Source: an uncultured Gammaproteobacteria bacterium
Lineage (GTDB): Bacteria; Patescibacteriota; Microgenomatia; Levybacterales; GWA1-39-11
Length of the DNA: 64,000 nt
Reading direction: 5' to 3'
NCBI GenBank assembly: GCA_964450885.1
Contig: CAYVFE010000002.1
Span: forward strand, 116,494 to 180,493
In this document: one piece after another, positions 29,471 through 39,183 of the stretch
Numbering within the stretch: the stretch's first letter is position 1
Layout of the letters: every line of letters begins with the position of its first letter
Program-made: the position numbers and the translations under genes
Notes under the pieces: model-generated
What the model was told of the DNA's origin: nothing
What the model saw: only the letters and a program-made list of their open reading frames with translations
Databases searched by the model: none

Positions 29471-30403
29471 TTATCTTATTTTTATTACGACTTTCCCTCT
29501 AGGATGATCCTGCTCATGATATCTATATGCATCAGAAGCATCATCTAGCTGAAACCGCCTATCTATCTGCGGCTTTACGTCGTTTTCTTCAACATATTTT
29601 TTTAGTCTTTTTAACCTATCACTGGTTACCTGTGAATTCTGAGAAATTACGGAAATTTCTTTAGTATTGCTCCCAAGCTCTTTTGGCACGCTTGTCATAG
29701 ACACTATGATTGCTCCACTTCTTACAATCTTAAATGACCTTTCATCCAACTTCTTTCCAGAAGCATCAAAGACCGCATCAAGATCAGTCAAAATCTCTGA
29801 AAAATCTTCTTTCTTGTAATCAATTATCCTATCTGCACCAAGAGACTTTGCAAATTCTACATTGTCTGTGCTTACCGTGGTCACAATATATGCGCCTATC
29901 TTTTTTGCGATCTGTATCGCAATGCTACCTATTCCACCGCTTCCACCTTGGATTAGAATCTTCTGACCTTTCTTAAGATGTATATGATCCTCAATAGCCT
30001 GAATAGCACTCGCTCCTACGAGTGGGAGACTGGCTGCTTCATAAAAGTCGGTATTCTCGGGTTTTAGATATATACTGCCAGGATTTGCTACAAGATTTTC
30101 TGCGATAGATCCAGAAGCGCCGCCAAATACACTAGCCTGCCCGTATATTTCGTCTCCGACAGTAAATTCCGTAACTTTGTCGCCTACGCTGACGATTCTT
30201 CCGGAAAAATCTCCGCCGATCGTAAGCGGGAACTCGGAGGGCATCCCGGGGATCATCCCGCTTCTGACTTTGTAATCAAAAGGGTTGATGCTTGCCGCAT
30301 AATTTTCAACAAATACCTGGCTGCTCTCAGGCGTAGGGTCGGCGATCTCCTCTATCTTAATTACCTCGGGACCACCATGACTTGAATATCGTGCTGCTTT
30401 CAC
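29471..30403 (-). CDS. NADP-dependent MDR/quinone oxidoreductase
   Basis: ASINPFD, GGDFSG, ILIQGGSGGIG and GKVVI; GTG start 7 nt after TAGAAT. Confidence 0.9.
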   Translation of the reverse strand: MKAARYSSHGGPEVIKIEEIADPTPESSQVFVENYAASINPFDYKVRSGMIPGMPSEFPLTIGGDFSGRIVSVGDKVTEFTVGDEIYGQASVFGGASGSIAENLVANPGSIYLKPENTDFYEAASLPLVGASAIQAIEDHIHLKKGQKILIQGGSGGIGSIAIQIAKKIGAYIVTTVSTDNVEFAKSLGADRIIDYKKEDFSEILTDLDAVFDASGKKLDERSFKIVRSGAIIVSMTSVPKELGSNTKEISVISQNSQVTSDRLKRLKKYVEENDVKPQIDRRFQLDDASDAYRYHEQDHPRGKVVIKIR

Positions 30404-30480
30404 AGTTACTATTCTAAATGGTCTCATGTTTTTTGTAAACAAAAAGTGTGTGTTATAATCATTATTCCTCCTAAGATCCT

Positions 30481-31245
30481 ATGAAAAAAAATATTCTTTT
30501 GATAATTCTTTTTATCCTTACTCCGATAGTAACCCTTATCGTGCGGGACAGATTAGTCAATATATCCGGAGCGCCTCCATACCACGTCGATGACGGCAAA
30601 GCACCTGTTAATCTCGGTAAATTTGGATGGCTGGATAATTGGGAACGGCCCGAAGGACCAGCCAGGGTTGGTCTACAGGTTGGACATTGGAAAAATGAAG
30701 AAATTCCCGATGAGCTTCACAGACTCGAAGGAAATACAGGAGCCTCCGGCGGTGGAAAGAGTGAATGGGAAGTAAATTATGAAATCGCCATGCTCACAAA
30801 AGATATACTGGAAAAAAATGGAATAGTTGTAGATATATTGCCAGCAACTGTGCCCAAGCGCTACTGGGCAGATGTATTCGTAGCCATCCATGCGGATGGA
30901 TCAGAAAATCTGTTCAAGACAGGATACAAAGTAGCCTCTCCATGGCGTGACTACACAGGAAAGGCGAAAAAGCTTGTCGAGTTCATAGAGAATTCGTATG
31001 GTGCATCTACTCTGCTTTCTAAAGATCCTGAGATAACAAGCAATATGCGCGGATACTATGCTTTTTCTTTTTGGAGGTTTGAACATGCGGTGCATCCCAT
31101 GACAGTGTCAAGTATTTTGGAGACCGGATTTTTGACAAACGCATCGGACAGGGCACTCATCGTAGATGATCCTCTCACACCAGCAGAAGGACTTGCAGTA
31201 GGGATAATAGAATATCTTATATCAGAAAATCTACTTGAAGGATAA
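30481..31245 (+). CDS. N-acetylmuramoyl-L-alanine amidase (Amidase_3)
   Basis: LQVGH, SEWEVN, VAIHAD and ILETGFLTN zinc/catalytic motifs; N-terminal TM. Confidence 0.85.
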   Translation: MKKNILLIILFILTPIVTLIVRDRLVNISGAPPYHVDDGKAPVNLGKFGWLDNWERPEGPARVGLQVGHWKNEEIPDELHRLEGNTGASGGGKSEWEVNYEIAMLTKDILEKNGIVVDILPATVPKRYWADVFVAIHADGSENLFKTGYKVASPWRDYTGKAKKLVEFIENSYGASTLLSKDPEITSNMRGYYAFSFWRFEHAVHPMTVSSILETGFLTNASDRALIVDDPLTPAEGLAVGIIEYLISENLLEG

Positions 31246-32184
31246 TTTTTTTGCTAGAAATTTCCTGTTAATAATTATCTGTGGAACAGCAAAGATCCCC
31301 AGAGAAATGATTATCGGCCAAGATATGCAGAACAGAAAATAGATAAAAGCACTTGCTAAAATGACTCCCACGAAGTTAATTAGTGTAGAAATCCTAACGC
31401 TTATTTTTTTGATGAAATACATTATGGAAATTAGCGCCTGAGCCACTAAGACCAATATCCACCAGTTACTGTCCGCACACTCGTCAGAAATTCCCATCAC
31501 CTCTGATCTATCGCTCTTTTCTTCAGAACTTTCTCCAGCAACATCACCCTGCTCCTGCACCGCAGCTTGAGTCTGACCACCAAATATTGACGTAGCAATG
31601 CCTTCAAGTATTTGTCCTACTGTATTTTGAGAATTGTTCCCTTCGTTAGAATTTGTATCAGAATTGTTATTATCGGAACTATCCTCACTATCATTATCAT
31701 CAGACAAATCCCTCTCAAATCCGAATCCGAAATCAAAGACCGAAGATCCGCCCTGGAGCTCATTTGATGCAGCGCTATCCATCTGCGCAGAGATAATAAG
31801 CTCGATTTGTTCGTCCTTGGAAAAATCCTCGATCAGTACTGTTTCGTCTTCAATCAGCTCTTTCAATATCCCTGTCCAGATAGGACTTCCCGCTCCTTGC
31901 TTCATGAGGCTAATTAGCATGTGCTCATCAAGCTCTCCTGTAGATTCGTTAGTCTTTATCCTGAGATAGATTTCCTTTTCGCTTTCCCCAGTATTTTTAA
32001 CAAAAATGCTTTTTTCTACAGATTTTCCTGGGGTCCACATGTCATCACCTTTAAAGATCGGATCGTGGGACGAAATATTACATTTAGTGTCGTCACACTG
32101 GACATCTAGATCATATGCATATGAAAGTCTGCCAAAACCCAAGAAAATGATAAGACAGATAATCGAAACTAGGAAATTTTTCAT
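31231..32184 (-). CDS. Membrane-anchored TasA-fold-like exported protein
   Basis: Signal peptide; WTPGKSVEKSIFVKNTG...NELQG..VFDF domain; D/N/S linker; three C-terminal TM segments. Confidence 0.65.
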   Translation of the reverse strand: MKNFLVSIICLIIFLGFGRLSYAYDLDVQCDDTKCNISSHDPIFKGDDMWTPGKSVEKSIFVKNTGESEKEIYLRIKTNESTGELDEHMLISLMKQGAGSPIWTGILKELIEDETVLIEDFSKDEQIELIISAQMDSAASNELQGGSSVFDFGFGFERDLSDDNDSEDSSDNNNSDTNSNEGNNSQNTVGQILEGIATSIFGGQTQAAVQEQGDVAGESSEEKSDRSEVMGISDECADSNWWILVLVAQALISIMYFIKKISVRISTLINFVGVILASAFIYFLFCISWPIIISLGIFAVPQIIINRKFLAKKLSFK

Positions 32185-32189
32185 TATGA

Positions 32190-33050
32190 CTACAACTGCT
32201 TAGATAGCGTAAGCGCATCACCATCTATATCAATAAGATTGATATTTAGGTTGAAATTATGCGGATTTATTTGTGGAGTAAATACACCACCTGATTCTGT
32301 CCCCAAATCTATCTCCGTTACCTTGCTAGTCTCGCCACTTAGAGATGCGGACCCGCTTGCAAAGTCTGTTATTGTGTCTGTGTCGTAGATCAGGCTATAA
32401 TCAAACCCCGTAAAATTAGAAAGATTTGAAAGCGTAAAGATAAATTTATAGGATGATGAGTTGTGATATGCCGTCAGTACTGGCTCGTAAGCAAATCCGA
32501 CTTTACTCGCTACTTTTTCTTTATCGGAAAATCCGGTATTATCGATATTTTGGTATGCCAGAAATGCGATATTGAATTCGCAAATTTCTCCTTGTAGACT
32601 TTCGTCACTATTTTCATGGGTAAGCGCGAATTCCCACTCGTCAGTACTATTTGTGATCTGCGCTGACATAGTTGCAAGATTAAAGTCTTTCAGCGAACCT
32701 TCATAGACCTCGCTACCTTCTTTCGAGGCTTTCAATGATATCCCTTCACAAACATTGAGATTTCCATTTTTTAGTTCAAATTCTGGGTGGTAATAAAAAT
32801 CCAGCGTGCCGGAATTTGAGACTTTGATTTTCTGGATTAGCTCTTCATCACCTTTTAATTTATTTTTGTCAAAAAGCAGGCCGGAAATCTCATCTCCACC
32901 TGCATCCAAAAGAGTGATGTCTAGGCTTGCTGCAGAAAAACTATTGTTCATAGAGCTTTCAGTGTCATATAGCAGCGCGTTAGATATACCCGTAAATGGA
33001 ACCAGGGGCAAAATCAAAAGCAGTATTAGTTTTGAAATTCTTTCTTTCAT
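32190..33050 (-). CDS. SipW-cleaved TasA-like accessory protein
   Basis: SipW-type signal SNALLYDTESSMNNSFSAASLDI; KVSNSGTLDF. Confidence 0.78.
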   Translation of the reverse strand: MKERISKLILLLILPLVPFTGISNALLYDTESSMNNSFSAASLDITLLDAGGDEISGLLFDKNKLKGDEELIQKIKVSNSGTLDFYYHPEFELKNGNLNVCEGISLKASKEGSEVYEGSLKDFNLATMSAQITNSTDEWEFALTHENSDESLQGEICEFNIAFLAYQNIDNTGFSDKEKVASKVGFAYEPVLTAYHNSSSYKFIFTLSNLSNFTGFDYSLIYDTDTITDFASGSASLSGETSKVTEIDLGTESGGVFTPQINPHNFNLNINLIDIDGDALTLSKQL

Positions 33051-33052
33051 GA

Positions 33053-33601
33053 TTATTTTAATGGCCTCACTAGACGCCTACCCTTTCTATTTACGTAAAA
33101 CTTTACTATCTGATTTTTGATATTCAAAAGTTCGCTATAGACGATCGCAACAGCAGGAATGATAACCAGTATCAGAAATCCTATCTGTGTCTGTGCAAAT
33201 GACACCAGAATACCTATGAATGGAATCGTAAAGACAACTTTTCCTATAACATCCCCCGCAGGAACTGTTTCACCATCTGCTTCTTCGTTCGCGTCACCTT
33301 TAGTGACGAATTCATTTCCGTTTGGAGTTGTGACAGTATTCTCGATTCTGTGAGTCACCAATACGTTCTCACGACCGGATTGTTTGAAAGTGATTACATC
33401 ATTTTCACCGTAGAAACTACTAGGCACAGTTATCACAACACTTTTTGTCATAATCTTAGGCTCCATAGAACCCGACTGTACAACGAGTGCACGAATGCCA
33501 CCTATCCCGAATTTTCCAGCGAAAAGAACCACCGCAACGACAATCAGAAGTGATAGTCCTATCGAATAAATTGTGTTTTTTATAAATCCTATTTTTTTCA
33601 T
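33053..33601 (-). CDS. sipW: ER/archaeal-type signal peptidase I
   Basis: VQSGSMEP, DVITF, VTHRI, FVTKGDAN..D and IGKV. Confidence 0.92.
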   Translation of the reverse strand: MKKIGFIKNTIYSIGLSLLIVVAVVLFAGKFGIGGIRALVVQSGSMEPKIMTKSVVITVPSSFYGENDVITFKQSGRENVLVTHRIENTVTTPNGNEFVTKGDANEEADGETVPAGDVIGKVVFTIPFIGILVSFAQTQIGFLILVIIPAVAIVYSELLNIKNQIVKFYVNRKGRRLVRPLK

Positions 33602-33656
33602 AATTTGGCTCTTTGTTCTCCCGGCATAAAGTCGGGAGAGAAAAAGTCAAAAGACT

Positions 33657-34244
33657 TTAGTTTTGCTCTAGGTGGAAAACTACGTCGAAAACGACGCTGT
33701 CACCCATTGCAAGATTATCGGTTGCACTTGAAGTCCATACTCCATAAACAACTATTGGCAAGCTTTCACCTGCGTTTAATGTTCCGATGTCGTATCTAAC
33801 TCCTTCTGCATCATTTACTGGAAGGATTCCTGTTGATGGGAATCTAGTCCAAGGAGCAACGTTTTGCTGAAGGCTCGCTTTTGCAAGGCCTCCTAGTTCT
33901 CCTCCATTTTCACCAGTTCCACATGATGAATCTCCAACTTCCTGCTCTTGACATGTATTTTCGTAATTTCTTACGTCAGTAATTTCATACCAAACAGTTC
34001 CATTAACTGAACCTGCGTTTTTCAAAACTACTTGACCAGCATTTGCCCAGTCACCTGGTTTGATGTTTGCTAGAGTGTAAGATGATGTAGTTCCGTCTGC
34101 ATCATTAGTTTTTAGATCTAGAGTTGCAGCTGTGAAAGTATTATTCGAACTTGTCTCCTCATCTGAAAATAAAGCCTGAGTTGCGCCGAAAGTTGCAGCA
34201 GATACTGCAAGAATCGTAAATACGCTTATTAATAATTTTTTCAT
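33657..34244 (-). CDS. TasA/camelysin family SipW-dependent major fibre subunit
   Basis: GATQALFSDEETSSNNTFTAATLDL, NIKPGD...LKNAGS and FDVVFHLEQ C-terminus; GGGAGGTGA SD. Confidence 0.87.
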   Translation of the reverse strand: MKKLLISVFTILAVSAATFGATQALFSDEETSSNNTFTAATLDLKTNDADGTTSSYTLANIKPGDWANAGQVVLKNAGSVNGTVWYEITDVRNYENTCQEQEVGDSSCGTGENGGELGGLAKASLQQNVAPWTRFPSTGILPVNDAEGVRYDIGTLNAGESLPIVVYGVWTSSATDNLAMGDSVVFDVVFHLEQN

Positions 34245-34269
34245 TCTATATTTTCACCTCCCTTCAAAC

Positions 34270-34303
34270 AAAAAAAGCCAGCCCGCGCTACGCGTCTGAC
34301 TTT
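34270..34303 (-). terminator. Terminator-like hairpin just upstream of the tasA-like SD
   Basis: Minus strand AAAGUCAG-A-CGCG-UAG-CGCG-GG-CUGGC-U7. Confidence 0.55.
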
Positions 34304-34369
34304 AAATTTAATTTCTTAAATAAGTTTTTCATTAATAACTTGGGCAGTTATTAAAAAGTTTTTTTGTAC

Positions 34370-34396
34370 AAAAAAGCCAACCTTTAGACAGTTGGC
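34370..34396 (-). terminator. Terminator-like hairpin upstream of the tasA-like gene
   Basis: Minus strand GCCAAC-N9-GUUGGC-U6. Confidence 0.6.
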
Positions 34397-34409
34397 AGAA
34401 TTGGCCTGT

Positions 34410-34438
34410 AATATATCACAATTTGAATACAAATGCAA
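34410..34438 (-). promoter_or_regulatory. Putative sigma70 promoter for the tasA-sipW operon
   Basis: TTGCAT-N17-TATATT with TG extension. Confidence 0.5.
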
Positions 34439-34496
34439 GTTATTGCAGGTTATATCTATGGGTAAAGACTAATTAAAAAGACCTTATAGGAAATTA

Positions 34497-35552
34497 TTAT
34501 TTGAGGTATTTATCAAAAAATTCTATAGAGCGTTGCATCGCAATCGAAAAATTGCCGGACAAATTATGGTCATCGCCATCGTATATATAAAGCTCAACTT
34601 CTTTACCCTCCGACTCTAGCTGCTCGGAAAGTTTTTCTGAGAATTCAAATGGCACAGATGAATCAGCCGTTCCGTGATGAAGCTGCACAGGACCTGAGAT
34701 GTCACCTAGATAGGAATTCGAAGATATGGAGTTCCAAAAAGCAGGATTGTCTTGCGGTGTGCCGTACAACTCTATGAACCCATTCCTCCAACCTCCCCTA
34801 TTTGATCTGGTTGGAAATGGTGATGGGGTTCCAGTCGAATTTACATTCCCCCTTCTCCATCTCTCAAGTAGATCAGGATAAGATGCTACTACGCCAGCCC
34901 AAATTACACCGGCCTTTACGTCTTTATTTACCACCATATTACGCAGCGTTATATGGCCCCCCATACTGTGCCCCCACATTCCTACCTTTTCAGGATTTAC
35001 GTATTCAAGTTTTTTTATGGAAGAAACAGCATTTAATATGTCTATAGTATAGGCATTGCTCCCGTAGCCACCCTCAGCTTCCCCCTCGGAATTTCCGTGA
35101 CCACGATAATCAGAACGCAAAACTACATATCCATTTCTAGAAAATCCGTCTGTGTAGGCGACATATCGTTCTGTCGTCTTATACTCATCAGGTGCTATAT
35201 ATCCATGATTAAAGATCACCGCCGGAAATCCTCCTTCCGGTGCGTCGCCGTCAGGAACGGTCAAAAGAGCATAGATCTTGAGCCCCTCAGAACGGTAGGA
35301 GGTGATATAACGGGAATAATTACTTCCCGAAGGAAGTGTCTGCTCGATCGTGATTTCGCTACCGGGATACTGACCACGCCGTAATGATTCTATCGATAAA
35401 GGATGGAGATCGGCTATGGGACCTCCTAGGTTTTCGTCGACAAAGTCCTCTACATTACTTACTATGCTTTTGTCGTCATAATTCTGGCTGATAGAATAAC
35501 CTATAAATAAGAGCACTACTAGAACTAAAAAGATAACTATTTTTTTAATCAT
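34497..35552 (-). CDS. Membrane-anchored alpha/beta hydrolase (peptidase S9-like), paralogue of 28304..29467
   Basis: FNHGYIAP, DYRGHG, GHSMGG, HHGTAD and DDHN. Confidence 0.88.
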   Translation of the reverse strand: MIKKIVIFLVLVVLLFIGYSISQNYDDKSIVSNVEDFVDENLGGPIADLHPLSIESLRRGQYPGSEITIEQTLPSGSNYSRYITSYRSEGLKIYALLTVPDGDAPEGGFPAVIFNHGYIAPDEYKTTERYVAYTDGFSRNGYVVLRSDYRGHGNSEGEAEGGYGSNAYTIDILNAVSSIKKLEYVNPEKVGMWGHSMGGHITLRNMVVNKDVKAGVIWAGVVASYPDLLERWRRGNVNSTGTPSPFPTRSNRGGWRNGFIELYGTPQDNPAFWNSISSNSYLGDISGPVQLHHGTADSSVPFEFSEKLSEQLESEGKEVELYIYDGDDHNLSGNFSIAMQRSIEFFDKYLK

Positions 35553-35573
35553 AAAAACTAAGAATCGTCAGTA

Positions 35574-36161
35574 TTAGTTGGAAGGAATTTGATAACCTTC
35601 TGGAAGTTCGTACCCTTCAGGAAGTTGCTCCTGAATATCCTCCAAATTAGAAGAAAAATCCTGGAATACTACCTCAGAGGGTATCTCAAATATCCCATCT
35701 GCGATATTTTGCTCTGAGCAGTTTGCTTTATTTTCCTCGATTTGCTCGCTGATATATTCCTCATTTACGGCATATTCCGAGGCCATATTAGGATCGCTTT
35801 CATACTGACTAATATTTTCTATCGTGAGTCCTTCCGTGCTCCCAGTCTCCCAAGCCCAAAGCGTATCATCTTTAATTATTACGTTCCCTGAGGAAGACTC
35901 TCCATCACCAATAGAATCCATTCTCACCATTCCGTTCTTTATATATACTGTTGCTTGAACATTTTCTTGCTTATATGCACACATTACTGATCCGGATCCT
36001 TCAAACGCACTCATGACGATGTTTGCTTCTTGTTGTACAACCTGAGAGTCATCCGCTACTTGAGGCGAATCGTTATTCGAAGACCTATTCAACCAGAGAT
36101 ATCCAGCAACTATTATGACAAGCGCCACTCCTCCTAAAATAAGTAGATTCTTATTCTTCAC
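35574..36161 (-). CDS. Hypothetical exported protein
   Basis: N-terminal TM, acidic body, two Cys. Confidence 0.7.
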   Translation of the reverse strand: MKNKNLLILGGVALVIIVAGYLWLNRSSNNDSPQVADDSQVVQQEANIVMSAFEGSGSVMCAYKQENVQATVYIKNGMVRMDSIGDGESSSGNVIIKDDTLWAWETGSTEGLTIENISQYESDPNMASEYAVNEEYISEQIEENKANCSEQNIADGIFEIPSEVVFQDFSSNLEDIQEQLPEGYELPEGYQIPSN

Positions 36162-36199
36162 TGTTCAAAGTATAATAGCATGCATAATAAAATTCAACT

Positions 36200-36763
36200 T
36201 TACGGTTTTCTGTCAGGAGCACTTCCTATAGTGCCCGAAAGATCCTGCAGGAGTTTTTCAACCAATGGTTTATTTGCACGCCTCAGCTGCTCAGTGATGG
36301 TTCTTTCCAAATATGCAGTATCTATCCTTTGATTCATTTTCTGAAGTTCCAGATCCTCCTTCATGCCCATTTGTTTTCTCATCTCAGCAAGCACAGCCAG
36401 TATCTTTGTAACCTCCTCCTCAACTATGAGAGATACTCCCATATGCACTTCGTCCCTGATTGTCGTTATGTATGACTGCCTGTGTTGGGAAACAAGTATG
36501 AATAGTGCCAAGAATATAGCCTCTAGAGACACTACAAGTGTCAAAAAACCAAAGGGATATGGGTCAAAGATAGGAATTAGAGGAAAATTCCCCGTATTTA
36601 CTACTATCCAAAAAGCAAACCAGAATATATGGAGCATCAGAAAAGTTGTCGATCCGCAAATTTCTGTCAACTTATCGGAAACCTGAGTCAGCAGTGAACG
36701 TGTTCGAAGAGATTTTGCTTCAAATGATCTAAAATACTTGTGCCTATTCTGGGCTACTTGCAT
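36200..36763 (-). CDS. DUF1003 membrane protein
   Basis: FDPYPFGFLTLVVSLEAIFLALFILVSQ signature. Confidence 0.88.
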   Translation of the reverse strand: MQVAQNRHKYFRSFEAKSLRTRSLLTQVSDKLTEICGSTTFLMLHIFWFAFWIVVNTGNFPLIPIFDPYPFGFLTLVVSLEAIFLALFILVSQHRQSYITTIRDEVHMGVSLIVEEEVTKILAVLAEMRKQMGMKEDLELQKMNQRIDTAYLERTITEQLRRANKPLVEKLLQDLSGTIGSAPDRKP

Positions 36764-36819
36764 AGCTTAAGTTATCACAAATGTTGTGTTGATTTCAATT
36801 TTGCGATACTCTTTTAGCT

Positions 36820-37875
36820 GTGAACATAATAAGTGATGCGAATCTTCTCAAAAAGTTAAAACAGGAAAAACTCCGCTATGCTTCTGACAATTCTCCGGGT
36901 TACTTCAGACAAAAAATAAATGGCAAGTACGCTTATTATGATTTATCAGGAAAAAGGATTGCAGATAAGTCAAAGCTTGAAAGAATAGAAGGATTGGTGA
37001 TACCTCCTGCGTGGAAAAAGGTCTGGATAGCCCCTCGTAATAATGACCACGTTCAGGCAACTGGGATAGATGACAGGAAAAGAAAACAATATATCTATCA
37101 TCCTGACTGGATAAAGATAAGTCAGGAGAATAAGTTCGCAAAAATGCTCGACTTTGGCAAAGCGCTTCCTCTTATCAGAGGTAAAGTAAGATATGATTTA
37201 TCCGACCATAATTTGAGCCGGAAAAAGGTAATCGCAACGATAGTCTGGCTTCTTGAAAATACTCTGATAAGGATTGGTAATGAACAATACTCTGAGGAAA
37301 ACAACTCGTATGGTCTCACTACATTCCGCAACCGTCATGTGAAGGTTAAAAACGGACAGGCAATTTTTAACTATGTAGGAAAAAGTGGAATCGAAAATAC
37401 ACTCGCAGTAAATAATCCCGCAGTAGTCAAAGTGATCAAAAAATGCGTAGAGCTTCCAGGATATGAGCTCTTCCAATATGTCGATGACGATAATAACCGC
37501 CACGTGATAGATTCGTCTGATGTAAATGAATTCTTAAAGGATATAACCAAAGATGATTTTAGTGCGAAAGATTTTCGCACATGGGGAGCGACAAATCTCT
37601 CTGCGCACACGCTCTATAAAATTGGGCAAGCAACAGATCCAAAAATCCTGAAGCAGAACATAAACGAAACCGTAAAAAAAGTCGCCTCCCACCTAAATAA
37701 CACAGTGAGTGTCTGCAGGAATTACTACATCCATCCTCATGTCATAAAGTCCTACGAGACAAATCTACTTGTCCCTCATTTTGGTAAACATTTCGGAAGA
37801 AAACCTGCAATTTCGGGATTGTCGTGGAACGAAGAAGCACTACTTAACCTTTTGCAAAAGACGTTAAAGAGTTAA
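36820..37875 (+). CDS. DNA topoisomerase IB
   Basis: IPPAW, GIDDRKRKQYIYHP, IRIGN, GKSG, AKDFRTW, LNNT...CRNYYIHP (catalytic Tyr). Confidence 0.93.
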   Translation: MNIISDANLLKKLKQEKLRYASDNSPGYFRQKINGKYAYYDLSGKRIADKSKLERIEGLVIPPAWKKVWIAPRNNDHVQATGIDDRKRKQYIYHPDWIKISQENKFAKMLDFGKALPLIRGKVRYDLSDHNLSRKKVIATIVWLLENTLIRIGNEQYSEENNSYGLTTFRNRHVKVKNGQAIFNYVGKSGIENTLAVNNPAVVKVIKKCVELPGYELFQYVDDDNNRHVIDSSDVNEFLKDITKDDFSAKDFRTWGATNLSAHTLYKIGQATDPKILKQNINETVKKVASHLNNTVSVCRNYYIHPHVIKSYETNLLVPHFGKHFGRKPAISGLSWNEEALLNLLQKTLKS

Positions 37876-37883
37876 ATATCTGC

Positions 37884-38603
37884 CTAATCTTTTATCTGCA
37901 AATAATGTTTTAATGTCACTATCCAGTCCTCCTGCACGAATTCGCTTTGGAGTTTTTGATCGAGCATCCACTCGAGATAACCTCTGTCGTATGCTGCAAC
38001 TTCTTCTATCTTTTTTCCTTTGTGCTTCCCGAATCCAAAAATCTTGAATATCACAGGCTCTTTCGAGATACGCTGCATTTCGGAGATTATCCTGCTTTCC
38101 TCCATTCCACTTTTTTTCATCCTCCCGAACAGAAAATAAAAGAGTGCCTCGAGGACCTTTATGTCGGATTTTGCATCATGCGAATAAGCATCTTCTACAT
38201 TTAGGTCATGATAATATCTCAGATACTGCAGTCCATACTCCGGTATTTCGGAATCTACATCAAGGGCTCTGGCGACTTTTAATGTGCATATATAGTTAGG
38301 AACCTCGAGCCCTTCCTGCGATAGCATTTCCATATCAAACTCCGCACTGTGTGCAACCAAAATATTATCCTTCAGGATTTTTTCAAGATCCTTTTTCATT
38401 TCGCTATCCTCAAATCCAGGCTTTCCATCAACCATTTTGTTGGTAACATGAGTGATGCTTTGAGACTTCACAGAAATCGGAAGTGGCGGCTCAAAGTATT
38501 CGCAATATGTTTTGCCTTCAAATTTATAGGCAACTTCAAATAGCCTATCTATATAGTAGTTGTTGCCGGTAGTCTCCGTGTCCAGAAAAATAAGCTTATC
38601 CAT
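37884..38603 (-). CDS. DEDDh 3'-5' exonuclease (ExoX-like)
   Basis: LDTETTG, AHSAEFD, HDAKSD and C-terminal FGKHKG...YLEW. Confidence 0.88.
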   Translation of the reverse strand: MDKLIFLDTETTGNNYYIDRLFEVAYKFEGKTYCEYFEPPLPISVKSQSITHVTNKMVDGKPGFEDSEMKKDLEKILKDNILVAHSAEFDMEMLSQEGLEVPNYICTLKVARALDVDSEIPEYGLQYLRYYHDLNVEDAYSHDAKSDIKVLEALFYFLFGRMKKSGMEESRIISEMQRISKEPVIFKIFGFGKHKGKKIEEVAAYDRGYLEWMLDQKLQSEFVQEDWIVTLKHYLQIKD

Positions 38604-38676
38604 GAAGTCCAATTATAACATTATGAAAATCAATCTATTTCTCTCTTTTTCGCAAACATATCATAACAAGCAAACT

Positions 38677-39123
38677 TTACTTAGGAGAATAAAGACCATC
38701 TGCTCTTTGGAAAAAATTTAGCCTAAGTTCTGGATAAGAATTCTGGATTTCCATAAGATTTTGCTGATACAAAACAAGATATACGATATTTTCCCCAATC
38801 TCTTCCATATATAGCTCCATTATCTTTTTCTGTCTGGCTTTCGGGTCAAAGCTCTCGGGATCATAGGGAGACGTCGTTATCTCTATAAAACATTCTTTTC
38901 CGGATTCCAGATCAATTACTGGAAAATCCGGCCGGTGGCTCATCAGACCATACTCTCCGGTTCTGGGATTTATTCCTGATACTTGAAATTCAACGGTCTC
39001 ATAATCGGCCTTAACATTCTGCGTCCCTAGATATCTACCGAATTCTCTCTCGTGATGATGGGCTATATCTTTGAGATCATGAACACTCTCTATCTTTACA
39101 CCGCCTCTTTCAATTCTCGGCAT
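38677..39123 (-). CDS. Hypothetical protein, possible PD-(D/E)xK-like fold
   Basis: RPDF...FIEITT motif. Confidence 0.5.
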   Translation of the reverse strand: MPRIERGGVKIESVHDLKDIAHHHEREFGRYLGTQNVKADYETVEFQVSGINPRTGEYGLMSHRPDFPVIDLESGKECFIEITTSPYDPESFDPKARQKKIMELYMEEIGENIVYLVLYQQNLMEIQNSYPELRLNFFQRADGLYSPK

Positions 39124-39183
39124 AAAAAAATACTACCACATAAATTCATTATTTCCTATATCTAAGGGCTAATTCGAGCGAAG

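Noticed and set aside
34245-34440. c-di-GMP riboswitch upstream of the tasA-like gene
   Set aside because: No recognisable c-di-GMP-I (GGCAAAC...GAAA...GCAAAGC) or class II consensus; only terminator-like hairpins are supported
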